Shown here in pieces: positions 9,390 to 19,228 of a DNA stretch of 64,000 nucleotides. The position numbers and the translations under genes are program-made. The notes under the pieces were generated by a model that had not been told where the DNA came from, did no database searches, and saw nothing but the letters and a program-made list of their open reading frames with translations. Within the stretch, counting starts at the first letter, position 1. Every line of letters begins with the position of its first letter. This DNA comes from a virus (lineage: Duplodnaviria > Heunggongvirae > Uroviricota > Caudoviricetes): IMG/VR virus record IMGVR_UViG_3300046474_000237, positions 7,469 through 71,468 of that record; one strand, given 5' to 3'.

Positions 9390-10706
9390 ATGTCGGTTCT
9401 TACTCTGGGTTCTGTGAACCCTAAATTTTCATGGGTTATTCAGAAAAACCCTGCAACGATTCGTGAATCCAAAGATCCGTTCAAGAAATCCATCCGTCAA
9501 GGCTCAGTATACGGATGGTTTCTGAAAGGAGACAAAGCTTTTAGGTTGTGGTTCAAGGATCATGCTCTACACTGCTCGTTTGCTGAAGGTCGAGATCAGG
9601 AATTCGAATACTTGGATCGTACGCGGTATGCTTCACCATATCTCCCGATCAGTCTGATCACGAACTGTCTTGCAACGGCGTTCAAGGAATTGCAGGAAGA
9701 AGACACTGTTGCTCCTTTTAGCGCCTGGCTTGAGACAACGGTTGAGATTCGCAGTGCTAGCATGCTGAAACACATCACTCAACACTTCAATGGGACGTTC
9801 GGATTCGATGAAGGATATGGATTTCATTCCGAGCTGATTTCAGGTCATGCTTACAAAGTTCGCATTGTCGGACCTAGCGTGCATCACATGTTGAACGCAG
9901 CAATGGTTATTTTTCTCATGTTCTGTGTTTCGACAAAGGGCATATACATAAACCTCAAGGGTGATAACGTAGAGAAGTACATCAATGCAATTAACCGCAT
10001 CGATGCTCCGTACTTCATTCGATACCTCTTTAAACGGAATGTATTCTCGAATCGTGATACCTTTGCTAAAAACAAGTCGTTGCTCGATACGCCCCAAATT
10101 GATCTCTGGCACGGGGACACTCTCAGTCAACGTAAAGAGGCTATCTTCCCGCACTTGGGAGGAGGATCGGTCCTCATTGACATTGGGTGCGGCGAACTCA
10201 ATTATTCGATCCCGCTCAGTGCAAAGTATGAACAAGTCCTTGCGTATGAAGCGGATGAAGAAGTACGTGAGAATGCCGTGGGGAAAGCCACTGGTAGGGG
10301 AGTTGAGAATATTACCTTCAAAGAAGCAGCAACTCCTGAATCAGTTGACGATTGCAGCGCTCTATTCGATGGAGCTGATGTACTCATCACTGAAGTGCTT
10401 GAACACATGGAAAAGAGGGATGCACAACTTCTGATTCAAGCTGTTCTCAAGACTGACTTCAACAAGCTGGTTATCACCGTTCCTAATGCAGAATTCAACG
10501 TGAACTATCTGATGGAAGAAGGTCAATTCCGTCATGATGACCACAAGTGGGAACCTGGTTTCAAGGAATTTTCAAATTGGTTCACATCTATCGTCAGAGG
10601 TGAAAACCGTGTCGAGGGTATCGTTTGGACAACAGAAGGTATTGGCGACAAGGTTAACGGTGTTTCCACCTCAACGATGATTGTACTTACAAAAATCAAG
10701 GACTAA
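9390..10706 (+). CDS. hen1: Hen1-type RNA 3'-end 2'-O-methyltransferase (bacterial Hen1 of the Pnkp/Hen1 RNA repair system)
   Basis: SAM motif VLIDIGCGE. Metal-binding EVLEHM and the signature FRHDDHKWEPGFKEF (Hen1 FRHxDHxFE motif) in the C-terminal half. Length 438 aa as in bacterial Hen1. Directly upstream of pnkp. Confidence 0.7.
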   Translation: MSVLTLGSVNPKFSWVIQKNPATIRESKDPFKKSIRQGSVYGWFLKGDKAFRLWFKDHALHCSFAEGRDQEFEYLDRTRYASPYLPISLITNCLATAFKELQEEDTVAPFSAWLETTVEIRSASMLKHITQHFNGTFGFDEGYGFHSELISGHAYKVRIVGPSVHHMLNAAMVIFLMFCVSTKGIYINLKGDNVEKYINAINRIDAPYFIRYLFKRNVFSNRDTFAKNKSLLDTPQIDLWHGDTLSQRKEAIFPHLGGGSVLIDIGCGELNYSIPLSAKYEQVLAYEADEEVRENAVGKATGRGVENITFKEAATPESVDDCSALFDGADVLITEVLEHMEKRDAQLLIQAVLKTDFNKLVITVPNAEFNVNYLMEEGQFRHDDHKWEPGFKEFSNWFTSIVRGENRVEGIVWTTEGIGDKVNGVSTSTMIVLTKIKD

Positions 10707-10708
10707 GC

Positions 10709-13144
10709 ATGAAAATCGAAACTAAGCTTCATACCGTCTTTATTCTCGTCGGACCTTCGATGTGCGGTAAGAGCACGTTTGCAAGGCAGTTCCAACTTGC
10801 TCTCGATGAGCAGCTTCACAAGGTAGGTGTACCTGGCGTAGTTAAGGTAATAAGCTCCGATGCAGAGCGTCAGAGCCTCTATTCGCATGGGTCGCTACAT
10901 CGGTATTCCGGACTCATGAGCGAGGCGTCAGAGGCCGCATTCAAGGTTTTGATGGCGAAGTTTGAAGCTGCGATCATGTTCCCGATCAACAGCGAGTTTG
11001 TGATCATCGATACGACTGGTATGAATGACCAGTTTCGTAAGGAAGTAAAGAAGATTGCAGACAAGCACGAGTACCGTACTGAATTGGTTACTTTCGAGTA
11101 CACCAATAAGTCGTATGCATCTGAATCTACTCCTGCAGAAAAATTAGTTGTAGACAGTAGCGCAGCTCGTTTTAAACAGAAAGTTCTTCCTAATCTCGGT
11201 CGCAAAGAGCACGACGGTAACATTCGTATACGTGAACGTGATCCGAATCACTGGTTTGGTATCGAAGTTGAAATCGAAGACCTCGATATCTATGCAAAGA
11301 GCCATTTGTATCTCCCACTCCATGAAGAACTTGTAGTTATCGGAGATATACACGAGCACGTAACTGCATTTCAGACTCTTGACATGCAGCTTATGAAATC
11401 TCGTGATAGTAATGCTACCTCACCTAAGGAAGTACTGGTAGGAGATTATCTCGATAAAGGTGGAAACACTGAAGATACGATCATCGTCATCGAGAACTTC
11501 GTAGAGCAAGGCGGAATCATTGTTCATGGCAATCATGAGAGCTACGCTGTAAAGCGTATTAAAGGGGAGATTAAAAACCCCGATCTTGAACTGGAGGCAA
11601 AGTACATGTCTTCACTCAAGGTTCTCTTGAAAGATCCTGGCCTTGCAGCTAGAGTGGTAAATCTGTTCGATAATCACTCAGTTCCATTTCTGAAGGTAAT
11701 TGGAAGGGATGTACGGACCGTGTACGTAACTCACGCTCCTTGTGAGAACAAGTATCTCGGTAAGATGAGCAGCGATGCACTCAAGGCTCAGCGTAATCTT
11801 TTCGGACGTCGTGACAAAGACTACCGTGAAGCGTACAAGTTCATCTTCGAAGAGGCCGTGGGAAATCATCCCCTTCACGTATTTGGCCACGTAGCTCACA
11901 ACGCAAATAAACTGGAATTCCGTAACAAGATCTTCCTGGACACCGGCGCTGTGTATGGCGGTAAGCTTACGGCATTCGTGTACAAGAACAATCGGTATGG
12001 GTTCTACGAAGTCAAGACTGAATCGTTGGTTGAACATCAGAAAGAACTGCAGTCGAATCTGACTGTGCCTATCAATGCACCGGAACGTCCTTTTAGCATC
12101 TACGACTACAAGTTGTCTCCCGACGACATGAAGTTTCTAAATCGTACGCTGAAGAACGGCATTAAGTACATTTCTGGTACGATGGCCCCTGCTCCGTCAA
12201 CGGACACTCAGATTGAAAGTCTTGAAGCTGGGCTTGATTACTTTAATAGTAGAGGTGTTCAGTTCGTTGTTATCGAGCCTAAGTTTATGGGTTCTCGTTG
12301 TCAAGCATATCTGTACAAAAAGGATCCTTCGAAGTCGTTTCTTGTTTCTCGGAATGGTTTCAAGATTCGAATGACAGAACAGCTTCAGACGATGCTTGAC
12401 AATATTCCTAAACAACTGGATGATCTCGGGTTCGAATGGGAAGACGAGCTTATTCTTGATGGGGAACTTGAGCCCTGGACAACTCTCGGCAGGGGTCTGG
12501 TTGAAGAACAGTTCAAAGCGTATGAAGGCCTTGTACACTACGAACTTTCAACGCTGGCTCAAGACGAAGAGTTTAACAACTTGGACTTCAAGCAGAAAAT
12601 TGACGCTCAAGGTCTGTTGGAAAATGATCTTAAAACGTTCAGTGATACGCTTGATATCTACGCTCAAGATGGCGAACCGTTCTATAGCCCCTTTGCAATA
12701 CTGAAGTGTGATGGTAAAGTTACTAACACTCAAATCGAGCTTGCCCAGTCGTTCTTTAGTGTGAGCACTTACGATGCCCTGACAATCGATGTAACTGATC
12801 CAGAAGAAATTCAGCTGGCCAAAGAGTTCTTCGAGAAAGTCACTGTTGAGAAGAACATGGAGGGTGTCGTTATCAAACCATTGACTTTGAATGATGAAAT
12901 CGCACCGTACATGAAAGTCCGGAATGAAAATTACCTGACTCTCGTTTATGGTTACGACTACAAACGCCGCTATGAAGCCCTGTGCAAACAGAAGCGGATT
13001 GGTGGCAAACTCAAAGTCTCTATCCGGGAACATGAACTCGCAATGAAGATGCTTTCAGCGGATAATGGCCCTGCGGTAACTGAGCTTGTTGTGAAGATGA
13101 TTTCGCAGCTCAGTAAAGAGAAAGAGTTGGATCCGAGACTTTAA
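10709..13144 (+). CDS. pnkp: polynucleotide kinase-phosphatase with C-terminal ligase-like domain (bacterial Pnkp)
   Basis: P-loop GPSMCGKST. Calcineurin-type phosphoesterase motifs GDIHEH, GDYLDKGG, VHGNHE. C-terminal adenylyltransferase-like region around VVIEPKFMGSRC. 811 aa. Confidence 0.7.
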   Translation: MKIETKLHTVFILVGPSMCGKSTFARQFQLALDEQLHKVGVPGVVKVISSDAERQSLYSHGSLHRYSGLMSEASEAAFKVLMAKFEAAIMFPINSEFVIIDTTGMNDQFRKEVKKIADKHEYRTELVTFEYTNKSYASESTPAEKLVVDSSAARFKQKVLPNLGRKEHDGNIRIRERDPNHWFGIEVEIEDLDIYAKSHLYLPLHEELVVIGDIHEHVTAFQTLDMQLMKSRDSNATSPKEVLVGDYLDKGGNTEDTIIVIENFVEQGGIIVHGNHESYAVKRIKGEIKNPDLELEAKYMSSLKVLLKDPGLAARVVNLFDNHSVPFLKVIGRDVRTVYVTHAPCENKYLGKMSSDALKAQRNLFGRRDKDYREAYKFIFEEAVGNHPLHVFGHVAHNANKLEFRNKIFLDTGAVYGGKLTAFVYKNNRYGFYEVKTESLVEHQKELQSNLTVPINAPERPFSIYDYKLSPDDMKFLNRTLKNGIKYISGTMAPAPSTDTQIESLEAGLDYFNSRGVQFVVIEPKFMGSRCQAYLYKKDPSKSFLVSRNGFKIRMTEQLQTMLDNIPKQLDDLGFEWEDELILDGELEPWTTLGRGLVEEQFKAYEGLVHYELSTLAQDEEFNNLDFKQKIDAQGLLENDLKTFSDTLDIYAQDGEPFYSPFAILKCDGKVTNTQIELAQSFFSVSTYDALTIDVTDPEEIQLAKEFFEKVTVEKNMEGVVIKPLTLNDEIAPYMKVRNENYLTLVYGYDYKRRYEALCKQKRIGGKLKVSIREHELAMKMLSADNGPAVTELVVKMISQLSKEKELDPRL

Positions 13145-13160
13145 ATAATCTCTGTAATCA

Positions 13161-13169
13161 TGGTATAAG
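13161..13169 (+). promoter_or_regulatory. phage promoter motif TGGTATAAG
   Basis: Conserved motif. Followed by a ~330-nt highly structured leader. Confidence 0.5.
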
Positions 13170-13495
13170 TACCTGGGTAAAGTATAGTCATTCGCAACTA
13201 GCAGATGGTGGAGAAAGTAACTTTCTCTTTTACTCTCTGGGAACACTCAAAGAGTGTTTTACCCAGTACCAGGTACCAACCAACGAGTTTACCCAGTAGT
13301 AACTTAATACCGTAGATGTTTTACGGTAGCCTTGCAAGTATTTGTTTGTTTTAGCCGCATCAAAACGAAGGCCAGCGAGTAACTTTCTGGCATTAAACTT
13401 CGGGACCCCACGTGAATCGGCCTACGGCCGTTCTCGACCCGAACTACCCTAACGGGAACGTGTTGCAAGGAACACTTGTGAATAAGGAGAAATAA

Positions 13496-13846
13496 GTGTC
13501 AGGAAGAAACGTAGAAGAAATTCAGGCATTTGAGTTCAGTCTTCGTGACCGACTCAATGCCGCAAACGCGGAAGGTGACGCTATCGTTTACCCGGTAGCT
13601 ATCCGGACACGTTATTGTGCATGTCCAGACAATGCAGACACTGATTGTCGCTTTCATCCTCGCACTGAAGAAGGGTGGGAGGTTTGTCCGGAAATTACGG
13701 ACTCTGCACAAATCGGCGCTTTGAAGAAAGGTCGTTGGCTGTATATTACGACCGGTGAGCCGTTGAACCAAGACGATCCGACCGAAGCACAGGATCGAGC
13801 TTTGGCCGAGCGTTTGTCAAACGAACTCATCAAAGCAGTTCAGTAA
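13496..13846 (+). CDS. hypothetical protein
   Basis: GTG start 7 nt after the RBS AAGGAG. 116 aa, four Cys. Confidence 0.5.
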   Translation: MSGRNVEEIQAFEFSLRDRLNAANAEGDAIVYPVAIRTRYCACPDNADTDCRFHPRTEEGWEVCPEITDSAQIGALKKGRWLYITTGEPLNQDDPTEAQDRALAERLSNELIKAVQ

Positions 13847-13861
13847 AGTACGGAAGAGAGG

Positions 13862-13896
13862 GGGTGCGGAGCAGTAAATCGCACCTTCTTTTTTTA
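13862..13896 (+). terminator. rho-independent terminator
   Basis: ggtgcg...cgcacc stem followed by a T-run. Confidence 0.6.
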
Positions 13897-14055
13897 GTCG
13901 CAGAAAGAGAAAAGTATTACGTAGTATGGGTATTATGTCAGTACTAAAAATACTGACGAAGCCATTGCTGCAGTATTCTGAGAAACGGTTATACTAAGAA
14001 TTCCCTCCAAGAATTCGTGTCATGGAATGAGTCCATGACCCTCTCAGTGAAGCAA

Positions 14056-14064
14056 TGGTATAAT
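14056..14064 (+). promoter_or_regulatory. promoter -10 TGGTATAAT
   Basis: Variant of the conserved motif, 38 nt upstream of the nrdA ATG. Confidence 0.45.
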
Positions 14065-14101
14065 AATGATTATCGAAAACCAAGACAGTGAATTAACGCA
14101 G

Positions 14102-16363
14102 ATGAAGTTTGTAACAAAGAAAAGTGGTAACAAAGAGCAATTAGAACTGAATAAGATTCACAAGGTATGTGCATACGGTTGTGACGGTATCGAAGGTGTT
14201 TCTCCTTCAGAACTGGAAATGGAAATCTCCAGATACTTTCATGACAAAATGACTACTCGTGAAATTAACGAGTTTATTGTCTCAGCGTGTAAGAGCCTGA
14301 TGACAGCAGGAAGTTCACATTACGATAAGGTTGGCGGTAGAATCATCTCCTTTATCGTACGTAAAGAAGCATATGGCTCATACAAAGTACCTGCGCTGTT
14401 CGATATCGTTAAGCGCAACGTAGACATTGGTCGTTACGATCCAGACATTCCGGCAATGTACAGCGAAGAGGAATGGGTTGCAATTAACAAGATGGTTGAT
14501 CATAGTCGTGACGAGTTATTCCGTCTGGCTGGCGCAGAGCAAATGCGCGTCAAGTATCTTAGTAAAAATCGAGTAACAAAACAGATTTACGAAAGTTTCC
14601 AGATCCCGTTTATTTTGGTTCCAGCTGTATTGTTCCGCAATGAGCCAAATCGTCTGGAACTTATTAAAGAAGCGTACGATGCACTGAGCCTGTTTGACAT
14701 CAGTGAACCGAGCCCTATTATGTCAGGCGTTCGTACAATTCTCAAACAATTCTCGTCCTGTGTCCTTATCGACATGGGTGACACAATCGATAGCATCAGT
14801 GCTTCGAACCATGCAATTCAAAGGTATGTATCAAATAAAGCTGGACTTGGTGTAAACGTAGGTCGAAATCGAGGCCTTGGATGCCCAATCAAAGGCGGGG
14901 AAGCAGTACACACCGGACTAATTCCTTTCATCAAACAGGCAACCGCAACAACAAAGAGTTGTTCACAAGGCGGGATGCGTGATGGTGCAGTAACGTTTAA
15001 CTTCCCGATTTGGCATTATGAATCTCCAGAACTGATTCTGTTGAAAGACTCAACTCTTCCTGCAGAACAAACCAATCGTCAAGCAGACTATTGTGTTCAG
15101 TTTAATAAGTTCATTTATAAACGAATCAAAGAAAACAAAGAACTGTCTCTGTTTAGTCCACATGAAACACCCGGGCTATACGATGCATTCTTTGCAGACC
15201 AAGTTGCATTCGAGTATCTGTATGGAAAGTACGAAGCAGACAAGAGTATTCGGCGTCGTACAGTATCGGCACAGAAGCTTTTTAACGATTTAGTAACACA
15301 GCGTAGTAACACTGGCCGTATCTATATCAGTAACGTTGACCACGTCAATGACAAGTCATCGTTCAAGGTTCCCATTTATATGACGAATCTTTGCGTTGAG
15401 ATTACTCTTCCAACGACTCCGTTTGAAGATATCAATGCAGGATTTCCTTCAGAGATCAGTATCTGTACACTCGGTGCTGTGAACTGGGGCAAGATTAACA
15501 AGCCGTCAGACTTTGAAATTCCGTGCCGTATAGCGGTTCGTCTGGCTGATTCAGTACTGGACTATCAAGACTACCCAGTAGAGGCAGCAAGGCTGTCTAC
15601 AATGGCCCGTAGGCCTATTGGCATCGGTATCATCGGCTTCGCTCACTTCTTGGCTAAGAAGGGAATGCCGTACAGCCGCATGTCTCTACAACTGGTTGAT
15701 GAGTTTGCTGAAGCATGGTCGTTCTATCTGCTTAAGGCATCGATGGAACTGGCTATTGAGAAAGGTCCTTGCCCGCTTTGGAAAGAAACAAAGTATGCAG
15801 ATGGCTGGACTCCAAACATGACTCGTACTGCTGGTCTGGATAAAATCCTGCCTCACGTCGAACGTCTTGATTGGGCTTGGCTTCGTGCAATGATTCAGAA
15901 ACATGGTATTCGTAACAGCACAGTGATGGCTCTGATGCCCTCTGAGACTTCAAGTCAGCTGTCTAACGAGACCAATGGCGTTGAGCCAGCAATGGGTCCG
16001 ATTATTGTTAAGTCATCGAAAGACGCAGCACCTCCGATTGCAGTTCCGGAGATTGATGACCTGATGCACAGTTATGATTGGCTATGGGATCAAAGAAGTC
16101 CCCGTGGATATTTGGAAGTAATCGCTGTTCTACAAAAGTATGTGGATCAAGCCATTTCTGTAAACATGTCGTACAATCCGAAGTTTTTTAAAGATGAAAA
16201 GCTTGATTCGGCAACTCTTGGTCAGGACATTATGTACAGTTATTCCTTGGGTAATAAAAACCATTATTACCAAAATACAAAGAAGCCTGGAGAGGCGGAA
16301 ATTCTCGGCTTCGTAGAGGATACATCTGGTGGTGGTTGTGAAGGTGGCGCTTGCCATATTTGA
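14102..16363 (+). CDS. nrdA: ribonucleotide reductase class I large subunit
   Basis: ATP-cone-like N-terminus MKFVTKKSGNKEQLELNKIHKV. Catalytic NLCVEITLP. The six-frame ORF starts at 14066, but the ATG at 14102 aligns with NrdA N-termini. Confidence 0.8.
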   Translation: MKFVTKKSGNKEQLELNKIHKVCAYGCDGIEGVSPSELEMEISRYFHDKMTTREINEFIVSACKSLMTAGSSHYDKVGGRIISFIVRKEAYGSYKVPALFDIVKRNVDIGRYDPDIPAMYSEEEWVAINKMVDHSRDELFRLAGAEQMRVKYLSKNRVTKQIYESFQIPFILVPAVLFRNEPNRLELIKEAYDALSLFDISEPSPIMSGVRTILKQFSSCVLIDMGDTIDSISASNHAIQRYVSNKAGLGVNVGRNRGLGCPIKGGEAVHTGLIPFIKQATATTKSCSQGGMRDGAVTFNFPIWHYESPELILLKDSTLPAEQTNRQADYCVQFNKFIYKRIKENKELSLFSPHETPGLYDAFFADQVAFEYLYGKYEADKSIRRRTVSAQKLFNDLVTQRSNTGRIYISNVDHVNDKSSFKVPIYMTNLCVEITLPTTPFEDINAGFPSEISICTLGAVNWGKINKPSDFEIPCRIAVRLADSVLDYQDYPVEAARLSTMARRPIGIGIIGFAHFLAKKGMPYSRMSLQLVDEFAEAWSFYLLKASMELAIEKGPCPLWKETKYADGWTPNMTRTAGLDKILPHVERLDWAWLRAMIQKHGIRNSTVMALMPSETSSQLSNETNGVEPAMGPIIVKSSKDAAPPIAVPEIDDLMHSYDWLWDQRSPRGYLEVIAVLQKYVDQAISVNMSYNPKFFKDEKLDSATLGQDIMYSYSLGNKNHYYQNTKKPGEAEILGFVEDTSGGGCEGGACHI

Positions 16364-16371
16364 GGTAGAGA

Positions 16372-16590
16372 ATGTATAATCTTGAAGTAGTTACGCATTA
16401 CCACAAAGACTGTGGCGGTGATTACGTAAGAGTAACCATCGAAATGGATGGGGAAATTCTCCGGGAGTTCGGAGATAATTATCACGATAAGGGTCATCAT
16501 AAAGCCTTTGGGTACATCCAAGCGTTTTATGACCTGTTTGGCACTCAAGAAGTTAGAGTGACATACAGAGACACAGAAGATACAGATTAA
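16372..16590 (+). CDS. hypothetical protein
   Basis: 72-aa ORF between nrdA and nrdB. Confidence 0.4.
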   Translation: MYNLEVVTHYHKDCGGDYVRVTIEMDGEILREFGDNYHDKGHHKAFGYIQAFYDLFGTQEVRVTYRDTEDTD

Positions 16591-16595
16591 GAGAG

Positions 16596-16616
16596 GCCGG
16601 GGAAACCCGGCTTTTT
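16596..16616 (+). terminator. rho-independent terminator
   Basis: gccgggg aaa cccggc followed by ttttt. Confidence 0.55.
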
Positions 16617-16620
16617 CATC

Positions 16621-16887
16621 ATGAGTATAATTTGGGAAATAGCAAACAGAGCTTTAGCGTACACTAGAGTTAGACGAAATTATGCGTTGGCTAACAAATT
16701 CATTCTTCTTAAACAAAAGTACACTGAGGCAGATGCTCAAGATTTGGCTGTAGAGTATCTAAAAATTTGCGACAAATATGACAGTCTATCTCATGAATTC
16801 ATAACTATGCTTACTCAAAGTGCAAGACTGGAAGCAGAAAATGAATTTATGCTTAGGCTTATTAACGAATATAAGATTGGCGAATGA
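16621..16887 (+). CDS. hypothetical protein
   Basis: 88-aa ORF. ATGA overlap with nrdB. Confidence 0.45.
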   Translation: MSIIWEIANRALAYTRVRRNYALANKFILLKQKYTEADAQDLAVEYLKICDKYDSLSHEFITMLTQSARLEAENEFMLRLINEYKIGE

Positions 16888-17993
16888 CACAAGAATCACC
16901 ATTACACGTATTTAAAATCCGCGACAAGTCACCGCTTGATACCAAGTTGTTTCTAGACGAGTCCGGTACTGTTGATATTTCTCGATCAGATATTGTCAAA
17001 TACAAGATCTTTGAGAAACAAGCACAGGCGATGGATGAAGCAAAGTGGGAACGTACTGAAGTTATTCTAACAAGAGATAAGATTGACTTCTATGATGTAC
17101 TTAGTAGCAATGAACAGTTCATCTTTACGTCGAATCTGAAACGTCAGATGATGTTGGATACGATTCAAAGTCTTGGACTGGCAGAAGCACTACTGCCGCT
17201 GGCTTCGGATCCGATGATTAAACGGTGTATCAATATCATCACGTATTTCGAAGAAGTTCATAACATGACTTATGAACATATTCTTAAGAACGTGTACAAT
17301 GATCCTACTGAAGTAACGGAAAGTATTAAGGACATTGATCTCATTATTAAGGCTGGTGAAAGTATCAGCAAATACTATGATGATCTACTGACAGAAACTG
17401 CGAAGTATCGTTTGAATATGACGACGCTTCATCAGCTTAAGAAGAAACTCTGGCTGGCAATTCAATCTATCAATGCACTTGAGGGCATTCGATTCTTTGT
17501 ATCCTTTGCATGTAGCTTCTCGTTCGGTCAAAGCGGTCGGATGATTGGTAACTCCAGTCTCATTAAGTTAATTGCAAATGATGAACTAATGCATGTCGCC
17601 TTCACGACTGCATTGCTTCGGACGATGCCTGAGGACGATGAAGAGTTCTTCGTGATCCGGCAAGAGTGCTTGGAAGAAGCCACGCATATCTTTATGGAAG
17701 TAGTAGCTGAAGAAAAGAGCTTTAACAAATTCCTGTTCAAAGAAGGTACGTTGATTGGCCTCAATGAACCGATGCTTAATGCAGAATTGGACTTCACAGC
17801 TGCAAAGCGTATGCGTGCTGTTCATATGGAATACCCTTACTCTGCACCAAAGACTCGTCCACTGCCTTGGATGAGCAAGTGGTTGAATGAAGGTGACATG
17901 CAGCCTGCACCGCAAGAGACTGAAAAGACTTCCTACGTTAAGGGTATCGTTAATACTCTTGATGAAACAACATTCGATGATATTGAACTATGA
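16884..17993 (+). CDS. nrdB: ribonucleotide reductase class I small subunit
   Basis: Di-iron ligand region EGIRFFVSFA...LIANDELMHVAFT. 369 aa. Confidence 0.8.
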   Translation: MTQESPLHVFKIRDKSPLDTKLFLDESGTVDISRSDIVKYKIFEKQAQAMDEAKWERTEVILTRDKIDFYDVLSSNEQFIFTSNLKRQMMLDTIQSLGLAEALLPLASDPMIKRCINIITYFEEVHNMTYEHILKNVYNDPTEVTESIKDIDLIIKAGESISKYYDDLLTETAKYRLNMTTLHQLKKKLWLAIQSINALEGIRFFVSFACSFSFGQSGRMIGNSSLIKLIANDELMHVAFTTALLRTMPEDDEEFFVIRQECLEEATHIFMEVVAEEKSFNKFLFKEGTLIGLNEPMLNAELDFTAAKRMRAVHMEYPYSAPKTRPLPWMSKWLNEGDMQPAPQETEKTSYVKGIVNTLDETTFDDIEL

Positions 17994-18244
17994 ACATTAA
18001 CAAAGCAGAATTTACACTTCCTGAGCAACTTGAAAATCCAGATTGGTCAGAGGTAAAGGAATATGCCTTACAAGCAGCTTCAGCTACGATGCGGGGAGAT
18101 ATTAAGACGGCAAATGATCTGTATCAATACATCGCTATTGAAGTAATGAGTACGCTGTATGGTCCTAACGCTGTCGGTAACTTCCTTGAGTTCGCAATGA
18201 ATAACGAACCTGCAAATCAAGAAACTCGGATTGTACTTGCATGA
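17990..18244 (+). CDS. hypothetical protein
   Basis: ATGA overlaps on both sides. Confidence 0.45.
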   Translation: MNINKAEFTLPEQLENPDWSEVKEYALQAASATMRGDIKTANDLYQYIAIEVMSTLYGPNAVGNFLEFAMNNEPANQETRIVLA

Positions 18245-18795
18245 TTAGCGAAGTAGTTGCAAGTCATCAGTTTGGGATTGGCATCGACCCAGGTTGGAAA
18301 AATCTGGGTTTTGCCATTGTTAAACGGGAATCAGAAGGTGAGCCGATTGATCTAGTGTATTCCTCTGCTATCAATCCGTCGGCTATGGGTATCGTTGGGA
18401 CGGTCAATCATATCTCAAAGATCATTGATGAGAACGTTCCTCTTGCTCTTACGGGGCCACGTAGTAATGTCAAAGTTTGTATTGAGCGATATGTTCCGTA
18501 CAACAATGTTGTGACTACGGAAAGCGAAACGATTACAATGATGATCGGCGCCTTAATTCTAGGAACTGATTATTACACAAGTCATGAAGTGCGTTTATTC
18601 AGAGCCATTGACTGGAAGATGAACATCGTAAAAGCTTTGTTTAAGAAGCAAGGTTTCCAAAACCCCAGCGATAAGCTGGATAAGAAGTTTAGTATCGCAG
18701 CTGCGAAAGCCGTTGCTAACGTAAAGGAGATTAAAACAGATCATGAAGCTGACGCTATTTGCTTGGCTGGGCTCCCGTTTATCCTCGATTTTTAA
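18241..18795 (+). CDS. RuvC-like Holliday junction resolvase
   Basis: FGIGIDPGWKNLGFAI at the N-terminus and HEADAICLA at the C-terminus. Confidence 0.6.
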   Translation: MISEVVASHQFGIGIDPGWKNLGFAIVKRESEGEPIDLVYSSAINPSAMGIVGTVNHISKIIDENVPLALTGPRSNVKVCIERYVPYNNVVTTESETITMMIGALILGTDYYTSHEVRLFRAIDWKMNIVKALFKKQGFQNPSDKLDKKFSIAAAKAVANVKEIKTDHEADAICLAGLPFILDF

Positions 18796-19147
18796 GAAGC
18801 ATCCTACAGAGGTTTTTCTAGGGGAAGAGGGAAGGCCAGGTCAGGTTATTATTACTGACAAAGATGGTAAGGTAGTTTTCGATAGCTGGAATACAGAAGC
18901 CAATTCAGCGCCTGTTAAACCTGAGAAGCCAAAAACTCTTGCTGAACTTGACTTCGAGTATTTGAAGACTAAGTTCACAGCATCAAGTGATGTTGCAGCA
19001 ATTAGTAGAGAACGGTATGACGCACTGCTGAGGTTGTCATTTGAGAATGAAGAAGTTGATGCTTGGCTCGATCAGCTTTATACGAGAATTAAACAACCGT
19101 TCATTTTTGTAGATGCTTGTCATGGAATAGGATTTGTCCGTTCCTAA
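18743..19147 (+). CDS. hypothetical protein
   Basis: 134 aa. Overlaps the resolvase 3' end by 53 nt; the start is uncertain. Confidence 0.4.
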   Translation: MKLTLFAWLGSRLSSIFKKHPTEVFLGEEGRPGQVIITDKDGKVVFDSWNTEANSAPVKPEKPKTLAELDFEYLKTKFTASSDVAAISRERYDALLRLSFENEEVDAWLDQLYTRIKQPFIFVDACHGIGFVRS

Positions 19148-19159
19148 ATGAAGAGTTAT

Positions 19160-19169
19160 TTGGTATAAG
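19160..19169 (+). promoter_or_regulatory. phage promoter motif TTGGTATAAG
   Basis: Conserved decamer. Followed by hairpin ggagaaaaagttttctcc and a tRNA. Confidence 0.5.
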
Positions 19170-19228
19170 AGAAGTACGGAGAAAAAGTTTTCTCCTTGCT
19201 CTTTTTGTCTTCTTAACTTTTAGATTTT

